DNA of 64,000 nucleotides from Octopus sinensis (GCF_006345805.1 NC_042997.1:191642001-191706000), one strand, 5' to 3'; positions 14,074 to 27,985 are shown, counted from the first letter of the stretch. Numbers and translations are program-made. The notes: generated by a model from the letters alone, not told the origin.

Positions 14074-14759
14074 TTAGTTCATAAAACAAGTAGTCATTTC
14101 ATTGGCTTACAGCAACTGAAAGGACAATTTGATTTTACAAAGATTTTGCTCAGAACCAACACTCCAGTTTTCTACCTTCATATCACTTTAATATATTGAT
14201 ATTGATGATGATATGAAATTCTATTATAGTAAATTTACTGTTCCAGACAAAAAGATAAAGTTATGTAAAAATTAGATATGGAGGAATTATACCCAGAGGT
14301 GATATATCTTTAAAAACGTGAAATTTGATAAAATTTGTAACAATCAAAGAGTTTTGCATCCACAAGGGAAATCATTTGAAAATATCTAGTAGCAATGGTA
14401 AAAGCAAAATAGTGAGATTAAACTGGGAGATTTTCTTGTCACTAAAATCATGAGGAAATTAGAAATATTAAAATTTCATTATTTATATTGTGCACTAACA
14501 CAGCTACATCTAAACAGCTTCCTTTCATAAATGTGTATTGCTGAATATTTGACTTCTCAAAGAGAAATTATTTCGTTATGACAAAAAGCTATAAATGTTT
14601 TATGTAATAGGTACTGGCAAGGCTATGTAGATAAAGCCTTCACTTTGCAACCATGTGGTTTCAGTTTGATGCTATGGTGTGACACTATCTTGAACTACAA
14701 TCCTAGTTCAACCAATGCCTTGGGTGACCCAAGTGAAATTTGGTTGCAAGAAACTATAC

Positions 14760-14993
14760 GTATTTCTTTATTGCCCACAAGGGGCTAAACATAGAGAGGA
14801 CAAACAAGGACAGACAAACGGATTAAGTCAATTACATCGACCCCAGTGCGTAACTGGTACTTAATTTATCGACCTCAAAAGGATGAAAGGCAAAGTCGAC
14901 CTCAGCGGAATTTGAACTCAGGACGTAACGGCAGACGAAATAGCACTAAGCATTTCGCCCGGTGCGCTAACGTTTCTGCCAGCTCGCCGCCTT
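14760..14993 (-). mobile_element. SINE family C with 22-bp TSD
   Basis: ATTTGGTTGCAAG(A/G)AACTATAC at 14738..14759 and 14994..15015; B-box GAGTTCAAATTCC. Confidence 0.9.
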
Positions 14994-16059
14994 ATTTGGT
15001 TGCAAGGAACTATACTAAGAGAACAATGTGGGTGCATGTATCATCATCATCTTCTTAATGTCTTTTTTTTCATGCTTGCATACATCCAACAAGACTCACT
15101 GAGGCAGATTTTTGATGGCTGGATGCTCTTCTTGTTGCCAACCATCACCCGTTTCTGAGTGAGATATTATTTCTCCTAAGTCCTTCAAACACAACCAGCC
15201 CAATGACCAGACATTTCTCAGAAAGACTGCAAATGAACTACTGCTTGTATGAGAGTAACTGTTAACAATTAGTGTATGACATCCAGACAATAAAACACAA
15301 ACACACACTTGCACCCATGCATGTGCACACACAATGGGTGTCTTTCAGTTTCAAGCAACCAAATCCACTTCCAAAGATTTGTTTGACCTGGAGCTGTAAT
15401 AGAAAACACTTCCATACAGTAGGACTGACTCCAAAAGTACATGGTTGAGAAGCAAACCAGACAGCTATGCTTGCACCTATTGTATATGAGTGCACAAATA
15501 TGTGTGTCTCCTCCATACAGTGATACCACTTGGGTACAATAACATTTGTTCTACATAATACCCTGTAGTGCAGTGATTTCATAGTTGAAGAGCTGGGGAA
15601 TGAGGAACCTTAGTTGAAAATAAATAAGGAATGGCCCCAGAAAGAGTAATTGGCCATAGAATACTACTTCAAGAATTCTTGTCCAGCCTTGACAGCAATA
15701 AAAAAAGACACAAATGATGATTCTAATTTTGGCACAAGGTCAGAAATTTTTGAGGTGGGGGAGCGGGGAGTTGATGTACTTGACTGACTTTATTTTATCA
15801 ACCACCAAAAGGATAAAAGAGGCAAAGTTGACCTCAGCATTAATTGAAATTAGAACATAAAGAAAACCAAGAGAAATGCCACAAAGCTTGCCACCTTAGA
15901 CAGAAGAATTATATATACTGTACTTTTTGATGAATATTAAAAAGCCATAGAAATTACACAGGGTTGAAATTTAATGAGAAACATAGGTCTTACTTAAGAA
16001 TTAGTTATAACTCAAAAGTTTCAAATGTGTTCAAGCCACAAGTTGTTGATTAACCCAAA

Positions 16060-16153
16060 CTAGCACTATGACCTGGCAACGACGGGTCATAGTGCTAGTG
16101 CATGCATATACAGCTGCATGCATGCGCACATACACGCGAGTACTGTACAAATC
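16060..16153 (-). mobile_element. Helitron family 1, 3' end only
   Basis: CTAGCACTATGACCTGGCAACGACGGGTCATAGTGCTAGTGCATGC... Confidence 0.8.
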
Positions 16154-16732
16154 TTGCAGTGTATCTGTCAGAAGTTGTAATGAATAGTATCAGCAATTTG
16201 AAAAGAAAAATAAATGGAAACTATTTCCTTGAAGATCAACCACAACACCACCATGCAATCCTGACTGATCAAAAGCATTCCAGTTGAGATCATCCTATCT
16301 TCTTTTGCAAGAATGATATTTGGCTGACTTTTTTTTAGCAGGTTGAATGACATTTACAACAGCAACTTCTTAAAGCAACGTATAAGATCAGATATTTGCA
16401 GTAAGACAATTAGCTGAACAAAGTATTCTGTGCAAACATCAGTTATGGGTGGGCCACAGAACCAGTAAAAAGAATTGGCAAATGTCCTTCAGCAAATAAG
16501 CTATAATGACTAAATGCAGTTTTATTTCAAAAAATTAAATACTTAGTTATACACCTAATTTGGGAAATATTTGCTATCGTGACCAAAAATCAGTCCATGA
16601 AATACATTTAATATAAAAAACTTTCTTATATTAATGAGTCAACATGATAGCATGGTGAAAGATGGAAAGTATTTAGATATCATGCATGGACCCTCCTTTT
16701 GACCAGAATTTCCAGACAAGATGGAACCAGAA

Positions 16733-17295
16733 CATCATAATCATCGTTTAACGTCCGTTTTCCATGCTAGCATGGGTTGGATGGTTCGACCGGGGCCTGG
16801 GAAGCCAGGAGGTTGCGCCAGGCTCCAGTCTGATCTGGCAGTGTTTCTACAGCTGATGCCCTTCCTAACACCAACCACTCCGTGAGTGTAGTGGGTGCTT
16901 TTTACGTGCCACTGGCACAGGGGCCAGAGGAGGCTGGCAAACGGCCACGATCGGCAGAAACGTTAGCACGTCAGGCGAAATGCTTAGCGGTATTTCGTCT
17001 GCCGTTACGTTGTGAGTTCAAATTCCGCCGAGGTCGACTTTACCTTTCATCCTTTCGGGGTCGATAAATTAAGTACCAGTTACGCACTGGGGTCGATGTA
17101 ATCGATTTAATACCTATGTCTGTCCTTGTTTGTCCCCTCTGTGTTTGGCCCCTTGTGGGTAATAAAGAAATAGGTTGGTGCTTTTTACGTGTCACCAACA
17201 CAGACGCCAGTCAGGCGGCGCTGGCATCAGCCACATACAGATGGTGCTTTTTACATGCCACCAGCACGGGTATCACAACTACATTAGTTCAATTA
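16733..17295 (-). mobile_element. RTE 3' tail interrupted by a SINE (16953..17172)
   Basis: The tail motif CCACGATCG|GTTGGTGC is split by the inserted SINE. Confidence 0.8.
16953..17172 (+). mobile_element. SINE family C
   Basis: Near-identical in reverse complement to 14760..14993. Confidence 0.88.
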
Positions 17296-17309
17296 TTGTA
17301 TTAACTGTT

Positions 17310-17497
17310 TCAATATCAACCTGGCTGAGATCCCCTCCTGGGTTTATAATACAAACTTCCTGCTTTAAAATGATCAAAATTAAAACCTATTGAAATTCCA
17401 TGTTAATATTCTATTTACTAAATTCTTCATAATTTTTGAAATTAATTGAAACAATGGCAGTCCATTTCATCAAAAATATGGTAATGGAAAGGTTTAA
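17310..17497. mobile_element. Second piggyBac-like MITE family (degenerate; relatives at about 3195..3386 and 37220..37370)
   Basis: Related interiors (CAAACTTCCTG..TTAAAATGATC) and AAGGGTTAA / TTAACCCTTT ends in the relatives. Confidence 0.45.
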
Positions 17498-18355
17498 TAA
17501 TCTTTTAATATTTTAAACAATGTCAATTGCTTCACTGAGTGGCTTTGTGTATCCGTTTGTGTGAACTATTTCTATTTAATTATTTCAATTAACAAGTAGG
17601 AAGAACTACTAATGTTGCTCTCTGACTTTGTTCAATTTTCTCATCTCTGCTAAGCCAACAAGATCTGGTTAGAGAGTGGAAGAAACAAACCCAAAGACTA
17701 CTACTATACTGCACACTAAAAACAGAAACCACTGCAGGGAATGTTGTATGTCCTTAGCTAGACAGTTCTATGTGACAACTGAATCCGTAGACCACATCAA
17801 GTCATTCACCTAACTTTATGAGCCAAGAAGGGAACCTCTGTGTGGTTACTACACTCTCTAGAAATAGCAACAAAATCTCACTTTAAAATGGTGCTAAAGT
17901 ACAATAACCAATATTCTCCCTTCATCTTGTAAGCATCCTAAAAACAGTAAGTGAGGGGAGGAAAGTGAGATAATGACATCTAGACAATTTGTAACAAACA
18001 TATGAAGTTTTTTGCTTATTAATTCCTACTTGCGCCATTCATCATTGACACATTGTGCGAAAGCCACTAATGCAAAATTTTTAAACAAATAGATTTCTGA
18101 CACTTCATTTTTTTATAGACAATTCCAAGAACCTAGCCTTCAGCAACAAAGAAAATTGTTGATTCTATAACTAGTAATTCTGTTCAATAATTGTTCAATA
18201 AAGTCCAAGTCTTTTCTTTCCTTCACAACTTCACATAATTGTTCCTAATACAAACATAAGGCTCAAAATTGTAAGTGCAATGGTTAGATTTTACTGATCC
18301 CACTACTTGACTAGGTGGTGGGGTTATTTTATTGATCTCAGAGATGGACACACAG

Positions 18356-18578
18356 GGTGGCGAACTGGCAGAAACGCCGGGTGAAATGCTTAGTAGTATT
18401 TCGTCTGCCGTTACGTTCTGAGTTCAAATTCCACCGAGGTTGACTTTGCCTTTCATCCTTTCGGGCTCGATAAATTAAGTACCAGTTACACACTGGGGTC
18501 GATGTAATCGACTTAATCCGTTTGTCTGTCCTTGTTTGTCCCTTCTGTGTTTAGCCCCTTGTGGGTAGTAAAGAAATA
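18356..18578 (+). mobile_element. SINE family C with 10-bp TSD
   Basis: GGACACACAG at 18346..18355 and 18579..18588. Confidence 0.9.
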
Positions 18579-19629
18579 GGACACACAGTTACTGGCATTC
18601 TGTTGGTTACAACAATGTATGTTTCAGCTGATCCAATCAACGGAACAACATGCTCACAGAATTAACATGCAAGTGGTTGGGTACTCCACAAATACACACA
18701 CCCTTAACGTAGTTCTCAGGGATATTCAGCATAATACAGAGTGTATCAAGACTGGCCTTTTGAAGTACAGGTACTAGTCATTTCTCTCAGGTGAGCAGAC
18801 TGGAGCAATGTGAAATGAAGTGTCTTGCTCAAGGACATGACACGCCATCAAGTATAAAACTCACAACCTTATCATCATGAGCCAAATATCCTAACCACTT
18901 AGCCATGTGCCTTCAAGGTAAAGCTGACCACAGCAGGATTTGAACTCAGAACATGAGCTATAGCTAACCATCACAAGATATTTTATCTGGCACTAATGAT
19001 CCTAGCAATATAATGCTTATGGTCACATTTAACCAGAGCTTTAAAGAAACCTGTTTCTATAATGAGTTCCCAAACACCAGTTCATAATAGCATGAAACAA
19101 AAATAGTTACAAATATTTCACTAAAATAAATACAACAGAATCAACAGGGCATTAACCTGAAGGCTACTCTGTTGTGTATAAATAGAAAGAAAATATTTTC
19201 AAATTGCGAGTGAAACCAAATAAATGATGAACTCTTACACATCACACAATGACCTTTTTCTCAGCAACAGAACAACTGTGAGCTTCAGAAGATATCACCA
19301 AATTTTATTATTATTATTATTCATAAGCTGACACGCCAGTCTTAAATTTACCAAAATACATATACTTAACTGATTAAGTATAGTTAAAATATTAGTGTCA
19401 TATTTCAAACTATGTTACCATTTACCAAATTAATTGGTACAAAAGAACACTGATATTAAAGTCAATCGGTCAATATTGCTGATGTCAGTAGAATATTCTG
19501 ATATAATGGCAAAACTGTGTTAAATAGCAACAATAATATATAAAATTGGTTTATACTGCCAAGGTCATAAAAGAAGTAGAATTTGTTTTATATAATAAAA
19601 AACGATTTTTTTTTTTGTAAAATAATGTA

Positions 19630-20005
19630 AAGTAGACTTGCTTTGAAGATTTTCTTTTCATATATTTTGCTTGTAACATTTAATAATGCTGTTCATAGCT
19701 CAACTGACTTTCATTGTATGATCAATATCACATCCTCCCTCCGTTAATTTTTATTTCGCATGTTCACAATCCTGGAAAAGTGCATCGAATAGACTCCTTT
19801 GTTGATGCAGCTTTCTTTTTGGTATTTGGTTTTTCCAAAGAATGCTGTTGCACCATCCTCTTTTTTTTTACATAGATCTTTGTTTATAGTTCAATGTCAT
19901 GAGATTGCAGCAATTCTGTAACAGTCTCCTTGTCCATCTCTCCAAATCAAAACTACAATCTGTCATTGTTGAATAATTTCAGTTTTGAAACCTTTGGTGT
20001 AATAA
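19630..20005 (-). mobile_element. Tigger/pogo transposase C-terminal remnant
   Basis: MDKETVTELLQSHDIEL and HTMKVS*AMNSIIKCYK resemble V.ELL.SH..EL and RS.KV......CY of Tigger. Confidence 0.5.
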
Positions 20006-20008
20006 GCA

Positions 20009-20292
20009 CATCATCATCGTTTAACATCCGTTTTCCATGCGAGCACGGGTTGGATGGTTCGACCACGGTCTGGGAAGCCAGGAGGCTGCACCAGGCTCCA
20101 GTCTGATCTGGCAGTGTTTCTACAGCTGCATGCCCTTCCTAACACCAACCACTCCGTGAGTGTAGTGGATGCATTTTATGTGCCAGGGGAGGCTGGCAGC
20201 AGCCACGATTGGCTGGTGCTTTTTACATGCCACCGGCACAGAAGCCAGTCAAGGCAGCACTGGCATCGGCCACATTTGGATGGTGCTTTTTA
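20009..20292 (-). mobile_element. RTE 3' tail
   Basis: (CAT)n start and the conserved tail block. Confidence 0.85.
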
Positions 20293-22037
20293 AATATTGG
20301 TATGGCTGTGTGGTTAATAAATCTGCTTCCCAACCACATAGTTCTAGATGCCTTATATGTTACACTATGAGAAAGTGCCTTCTATAACCCCATGCCAACC
20401 AAAAGCCTTGTAAATGGATTCAGTTCACGGAAACAAAGAAGCCCATTGTATATATTTGTGTGTGTGTGCTTATATTCCCTTGCCCTCACACAGCGTAACT
20501 GTAAATGAGCGCAATTGTCACACAAGCAGTGTCATTCACTTTCAATATATTCTGTGAAAACATGTCTGGCTTTGAGGAAAATATTATTTTGCTTGGAAAG
20601 AGGTAAGGGTTTCTGCTCACAGGAGGAAGAGCATCTGACCATAGAAAATCTACTTTAATAAACTCCATCTGACGCATGAAAGTATGGAAAGGTGGACATT
20701 AAAATGATGACGCTGATGATAATGTATGTTCTTTGTCATGATTTCATCCTATGTATCAACAAGAGAATTTTTTTTTTCTTTTGTAGAATTGAACTTTTCC
20801 TAAATTCAGTTTACGTCATAAATGAATGTTCTCTGGTGTCAAAATGAGAGGCAACAACTTTATTTCAACTTTCTCACACAAACCATCTAAGAAATCTTTG
20901 GGTGACCTGTGGCACTGTCTATAATGAATAACACCTTGACCGTTTTACATTTAAACCAGCCATATCCAGCTTAAATATTGTTTTGTTAGCACTGGCCAGA
21001 TCTGACCTCCACAACAATATCATTCTAAAAATAAGCAATTACATCACTGAAATCTCAAAGCTACAAGATAATTAAATGAAAAACAATGTGAATAAATAAG
21101 CATTACATTTAACCGAGTAATCTGAATGCTAAAGGGTTAAAAGCCAGAATCTGAGACTTTGAACAATTCTCAACCTTAGAATAGAAACAAAATTTTGAAC
21201 CAGACTTCAAAAAGCAATTTGGTCATCCAAACATTTTTCATGAGAATATCAACAAACAAGTAAGAAATGTTGGCTGAAACCTCAAAGCATCTATAGATTT
21301 TGTTAGCCAATAAATCAACAGAGGATTTAATATATAATCTACTGTAATATATCCTCTCAGAAATTTTGAATCCTGTCATTTTATTTTTTCCTTTTATTTA
21401 CTGTGTGCGCGTGTTTTTTTTTTTTTTGTCATCCCGCCATCACTTGACAACTGATGTTGGTTTGTATACATCCTCATAAGTAAAAAGTTCAGCAAAATAA
21501 AGAATCAGACTTAAAGCCACAGCATGGCCACAGTCCAATGACAGAAACAAGTAAAAGATAATTTTCTTTTATTATCTACTTCCAAACCAAATGAGTTCCA
21601 ACAACATTAAATATTTTTGCAATGACATACTCCTCTTCCTCCTCCTATAATCTTAATTATCACATAACAATCAGCTGCAAATATGATTTATATTTGCACT
21701 TTCATCGACCACTTCAGTATTACAGAAACATGTTAATTATTTTTTTTTTTTTTGGCTTAATTTTCAGTGATAAACTACCTAGTACTTGTAAAACTTTCTA
21801 GAATGTTCACTTCATTTTGATTTATTTCCTTTCTCCATTTTTGTAAATCTCAAACAGCTTATTGTTTTTGGTCTAACAGCTTTGTGTTAAGTTTATGCAT
21901 TTCTGATTACAGTCTTTCATTCATAATGAAAGTAAGTACATTTCAACTATTGTAGTTCATCTTTTGGATATTTGTAGACAAGAAAGATGATGATGAAGCA
22001 CTTAGGCCTTGTAGTATGTTAATATTTTCTCCAGAAT

Positions 22038-22179
22038 CCACCAAGGTCGACTTTGCCTTTCATCCTTTCGGGATTGATTAAGTCAGTACCAGTTACGCAC
22101 TGGGGTCGATGTAATTGACTTAATCCTTTTGTCTGTCCTTGTTTGTCCCCTGTGTTTAGCCCCTTGTGGGCAATAAAGA
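22038..22179 (+). mobile_element. 5'-truncated SINE family C with 17-bp TSD (older relatives at about 8870-9045, 15730-15900, 22225-22630, 24890-25060, 39965-40130, 59840-60040)
   Basis: AATATTTTCTCCAGAAT at 22021..22037 and 22180..22196. Confidence 0.9.
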
Positions 22180-24222
22180 AATATTTTCTCCAGAATAATT
22201 TGTACTGTACTTATGAATCTTTATTAGCACATCACACAAAATGCTTAACGACATTTCTTCCGGCTTCACATTCTGAGATCAAATGCAGCTGAGGTCAACT
22301 TTGCCTTTCATCCTTTCGGGGTTGATAAAATAAGGACCAGCTGAGTACTGGGGGTTGATGTAATCAACCAGCCCCTTTCCCAAAAATTCCACTCCTTGTG
22401 TCTATAATAAAAAGGATTATCAAAGCAGTGAGCTGGCAATCATTAGCATGCTGGACAAAATGCTTAGCAGCATTTTGTCTGTTCTGTTCCAAGTTCAAAT
22501 TACACCTGTACTGACTTTGCTTTTCACTGTTTCAGGGTTGATTAAATAAATACCAGTAGAGTACTGGGGGTTGATGTAATCAACTAGCCCCCTCTCCCCA
22601 AAACTTAGGCCTTGTGCCTATAGTAGAAAAATTATCATTTTTATGCATTTTGTGAAGAACAGCATTGTTGGTTACAAGACTCCAAAGGACAGTCACTGGA
22701 TTTTTGACAGAATCACAAAGTGTTCATACAAAGAAACCAAACTAAATACAAGCTAATTCATGTTTTAAAACCATTTTTTTAGTCTTTCCCTGCCAATGAG
22801 GGGAAGCAATAAGCATAGCTGTATGGTTAAGAAGTTTACATCACAACCGTGCACTTTCAGGTTCAAATCCAGATCAAAGTGTTTACTGATACCAAATTCA
22901 AGGTCATAGAAAATTTCATTAAAATTTTTGTCATTGCTGCTTTCTTAAAACTGCAACATCATCAACTACCCTACCAATTAGAGAGAGGTAATTTCTTTAA
23001 AATGAGTTATCTAGTTTACAGTCTGTTTGTGTGTCTCTTTGACATCAAAATTTCCTATGACAAAAATGCTTACCACAAATTTTTCAGACACGCTAATTCA
23101 ACGCTATTGCTTTCAATGAACTTCTCAAAAGTATCAGACCACTGGGGAATGAAAAAGGAGAGCAAGTCCCCAATAGTTCCAGATTTATACAAGTTGTACC
23201 AATCGATGGTACTTGTTTCAGTTATTCCACGACTTTTTTAGAGTATTAAAAGCTTAAGTTGACCTCAACAGGATTTGAACCTAACAAATTAAGGTTTTAA
23301 ACTGGTTACAAATATGTGACAATTCCAGTACTACTATGTACTAACTTGAACATCTTTTTTGTTAACAATGTTGATTAAATTTCCCCCTTAAAATAAGGCT
23401 GTAACAACTATTTACCCTTTTCCTTTCCTAATTATCATATCCTATGAGGTTCGTTTTTATACAAACATACAATCTTTAAAATCTGCTTTCTTCTGTCAAT
23501 ACTCCTACACAAAACTCGAAACTCTAAGCCATCTCGAAAATATGACAAAGAAAAGTGAAACAATATTTCTGATGAAGAATAATATCGTTTCATATTTTTA
23601 CCACCACCACAACTCCCACCAACCCAGTTGTTGTGAAAGCAAGATCTTCAATGAATTAGTATTATTGTTGTTCTATAAACAGTTTTTTTAATCAAATTTT
23701 TGGAAGAAAATATTTAATCATGGACGAAACAAAAGCTTACAAGTTAATCTAAATATTTAGATTTTTCGACATTTAAGAAAATATACTATTAGAATGAAAT
23801 ACTTCATTTGAATATGACTGTCATTATGAGTTTCGGTTAATAAATGGAAGCTGACAAGAGAGAAGTGGATATTTATAAAATAATTTCAATTTACTTCTGG
23901 ACAAGAACACAAAAATATGAAGCCAATTAAAAACCTCTTGTATGCTAAATAAATAACAAGCATTGTATACACCAGAAATTAACTGTATTACAATATAGAT
24001 ATAAGCATGGCTGTGTGGTTGAGAAATTTTCCTTCACAACAATATGGTTTCAGGTTCAGATCCACTATGTGGCATCTTGGGATATTATTCTTTTACTGCA
24101 ACCCTGGACCAACCAAAGCCTTCTGAATTTGGTGGGTAGAAGAAAAGAAGCTTGCTGTGTATAATCATCATCAAATGTGCGTACATGTGTGTATGTATGT
24201 GTGTGTGTGTGTGTGTGCACGC

Positions 24223-24578
24223 ACTAACCACATGGTTCCAGATTCAGTCCCACTGTGTGGCACCTTGGGCAAGTGTCTTCTACTATAGCCTCGGACCGAC
24301 CAAAGCCTTGTGAGTGGATTTAGTAGATGGAAATTGAGAGAAGCCTGTCATATGTATATATGTATGCATGTATTTGTGTGTATGTATGTGTTTGTCACCC
24401 CACCATCGCTTGACAACCGATGTTGGTGTGTTTATGTCCCCCGTAACTTAGTTCGGCAAAAGATACTGATAGAATAAGTACTAGGCTTACAAATAATAAG
24501 TCCTGGGGTCAATTTGTTTGACTATAGGCGGTGCTCCAGGATGGCCACAGTCAAATGACTGAAACAAATAAAAGAATA
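24223..24578 (+). mobile_element. SINE family B (older copies also at about 700-890, 4435-4596, 5385-5650, 12430-12590, 13305-13640, 25845-26205, 26245-26420, 41400-41590, 42030-42340, 43440-43730, 48840-48980, 63968-64000)
   Basis: Shared GGCACCTTGGGCAAGTGTCTTCTACTATAGCC...GTGAGTGGATTTGGTAGA block. Confidence 0.8.
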
Positions 24579-25061
24579 GAATGCATATATGTTTGAACCT
24601 CCTTGTCTTGGTACTGTGTTATAGTTGAAAATAATTGTCACTACCATACTGACTGTGTCATTAATTTCCGATATTCTAAGCAAACATATCTGGCCATGGG
24701 AAAATATTACCTTGTTTGGAAACAGGTGAGGATTGGAGACCAGTCCATAGAAAATCTGCCTTTAATAAATTCCAACTGACCAATGTGAGCAAAGACAAAC
24801 GTGACATTAAAACAACAATGATGAAGACATATAGATTGTAGGGAGACAGTGACAAGTGACCAAGACCTTTGGTAATATACTATGTTTGAAAGGTAGCGAG
24901 CAGGCAGAATCGTTAGAATGCCGGAGAAAATGCTTAGCAGTACTTTGTTCTGAGTTCAAATTCCGTGGAGGTCGACTTTGCCTTTCATTCTTTCAGGGTT
25001 GATAAATTAAGTACCAGTCCTCCCCCAAAATTTCAGGCCTTGTACCTAGAGTAGAAAAGAA

Positions 25062-25328
25062 TACACCATGCTTGAGAAGACCTGTTAAGCCAAGTGATAT
25101 CGTAGTCGTGGCCAATGCTGGTGTTTCATAACTGGTACCCAAGCCAGTGGTATGTAAAAAGCATCCACTACACTCTTGGGGTAGTTGGCGTTAAGAAGGG
25201 CATCCAGCCATAGAAACCACACCAAATCACACTGGAACCTGGTGCAACTCCACAGCTAACCAGTTTTCAGTCAAACCATCCAACCCATGCCAGCATGGAA
25301 AACGAATGTTAAATGATGATGATGATGA
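25062..25328 (+). mobile_element. Degenerate RTE 3' tail
   Basis: GGTAGTTGGCGTTAAGAAGGGCATCCAGC...CAGCATGGAAAACGAATGTTAAATGATGATG. Confidence 0.75.
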
Positions 25329-26220
25329 ACAGGGTCATTTAAATAAAGATAATTTCCCAGACAACAGAAAAAGAAAAAAATGCACACAAATAGACATTGC
25401 ATTTTCCATTTTTTTCCTATGAAGAGTGTTGATAAGATTATTAATTTATCCTTCAATCTCGTCTTGTTTTAGCATCATTTCTCATCTTGGTTCCTTCTGA
25501 TAAACTGCTAACCTGTCAACAATTCTTGTGTCATAATTAGAGTAGCCCCAGTTGCAAGCGAAAACACGTGAGAAAGCAATTTGTATGACATATCTGGTTA
25601 GATGATTGTCTAGATAAAACATGTATCCACATCAAATCTGCAATATGGAGACAAGTATTTAGCAGTGTTAGTAGAAGATAATCCCAAAAAGAATGTTCAA
25701 GTCTAACATTTCTTCTTAGACTTAATGGAGAATTAGAAAAAAATTATTGAGAGTTTTTCGATACAATAGTTTTGTTATTATTCATAAGGAAAATTTCTAT
25801 CAGTTATTCAAGAATCCAGCTGAAAAGGATATTCAATATATAAGCATGTGCACAGCTGTGCAATAAGAACTGTGCTTCTCAACAACATGGTTCTAGGTTC
25901 AGTCCTACTGTGCAGTACCTTGGACAAGTGTCTTCTACAATAGTCTCAGGCTGTCCAAAGTCTTGAGTGGATTTGGTAAACAGAAACTCTGTGTGTGTGT
26001 GTGTGTGTGTGTGTTCCACACTACTGCTTCACAATCAGTGTTGGTGTATACATGTCTTCATAATTAGCGGTTAAGCAAAAAAGACCGATAAAGTAAGTAC
26101 CAAGTTTAAAAAATAAGTTCTGGGGTCGATGCGTTCACCTAAAATTCTTCAAGGCAGTACCCCAGCATAGCTGCAGTCTAAATGACTGAAACAAGTAAAA
26201 GATAAAGGAAAAACAGGCAT

Positions 26221-26256
26221 ATCAGTGCCTATAATATGCATATTATAGGCACTGAT
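26221..26256. repeat. Perfect 36-bp palindrome
   Basis: ATCAGTGCCTATAATATG|CATATTATAGGCACTGAT. Confidence 0.97.
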
Positions 26257-27625
26257 GTGGCTGTGAGGTTAAGAAGCCTGGGTCCCAACTATGTGGTTTC
26301 AGATTCAACTCCGCTGCACAGCACCTTGAACAAATGCCTTCTACTATAGACCCTGGCCAACCAAAGCCTTGTGAGTGGATTTGGTAGAGAAAAACTATAT
26401 GCTCACACGTACGCACACACAAACCCATCGCACTAGAGTGTGTGTGTGTGTGTGTGTGAGCCCATCTGACCCAGCAAGCATGGAAAAAAGGATTTTAAAT
26501 GATGATTATTGTGTATGTGTACAATAGTGTAAACTAATCAAAAATAAAAGAAATGTTTTATACTAATTGACGTTCTACATATGAAGTTTAGATTATAATA
26601 AAAACCTAGATTACTTTGTGAAACTAAAAACAATTCTCAAAACACTGAACTACATCTGTGACATTTTATGCTGAACTAAATGAAAATCATCAACACAAAC
26701 ATGAAAATTCTAATTTAGAATCACTAACAAGATTTAAATAAACTTTTTCACCCTGCTCAAAACACAAATACAATTATGTAGACAAAGAAGTGATATCTTC
26801 ATATGTGTGTGTAAATGGTATTAACAAACACAGGAAGGTAATGTGTGTTATAGTTTCCTTGTCTCTATACTGTGTGATAGTTGTAAACAAGTATCTTCAG
26901 ATGCAAGTGGTCTCCATTTCCAATCTTCCATGGATACATGCACAGCCATGGGGAAATATTACCATCCTTGGAAACAGGTGAAGGTTGGTGAAAGAAAGAG
27001 CATTCAGATGTAGAAATTGCACTTCAACAAATGTCATCCGACCACCCATGCAAGCATAGAAGAATAGATATTGAAATGATGATGACGATGATTAATGAAT
27101 AAACATTGTGCAAAAACAAGTCTAGCCATGGGGAAATATTACCTTGTTTGGAAACAAGTAATAGTTGGTGATAGAAAAGGCATTTGACCATAGAAAATTT
27201 GCCTCGTTAACCTCTGCCTAATCCATGCAAGCATGGAAAAGTGGTCATGATGATCAATGCTGCTTGAATGGAATTTGATAGATTCCTTGTAACAGATTTC
27301 CACTAGTTGTATCATTATCAAATTCTCTACAAATAGTGCTTTTGGGAAGCAGCTGCTATTCTTTTAGCCAATGTTAGCAGTCTTACAATGAGAGCATGTC
27401 TAATGAAATACATTAATATTGAAAATTTTGTCTTGCTACTTAATACCAAAAATGATTCTGCAGATACTTTGCTTTGGCAATATGCCCATGGCAAAGTGTA
27501 TTTTTTTCTCAAATGAGTACAACAGGCAGCTCATCAATTCTATCTGGCATGAGAAAACACATTTCACTCAACCAATATAGTCTTTTAAGTTGTAATCAAT
27601 ATATATATATACAAACACACACACA

Positions 27626-27985
27626 ATCATCATTTAATGCCTACTTTCCATGCTGGCATGGGTTAGACAGTTTGGCTGATACCTGGTAAGCTGGAGGCTG
27701 CACCAGGTTCTGATCTGATCTGGCAAGGTTTCTATGGCTAGATGCCCTTCCTAACACCAACAACTGAGTGTAATGAGTGTTTTTTTACATGCAACCGGCA
27801 CAGGTACCAATAACTTGACACTGGCATTGGACACGACTATGATCTCACTTGGCTTGACAGGTCTACACAAGCATGGCATATCGCCAAAGGTCTTGGTCAC
27901 CTGTCACTGCCTCCTTGCAGCTCAACACTTAAACAATGCTTTTCACATGCCACCAGCACAGGTGCCAGTCAGACAGCACTGACAA
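27626..27985 (-). mobile_element. RTE 3' tail, head-to-head with the large RTE
   Basis: ATCATCATTTAATGCCTACTTTCCATGCTGGCATGGG... is the reverse complement of the tail. Confidence 0.8.

Noticed and set aside
22849-23241. 130-aa ORF on the plus strand
   Set aside because: TTG/GTG-type start inside a SINE head, AT-rich, with no homology or exon signals.
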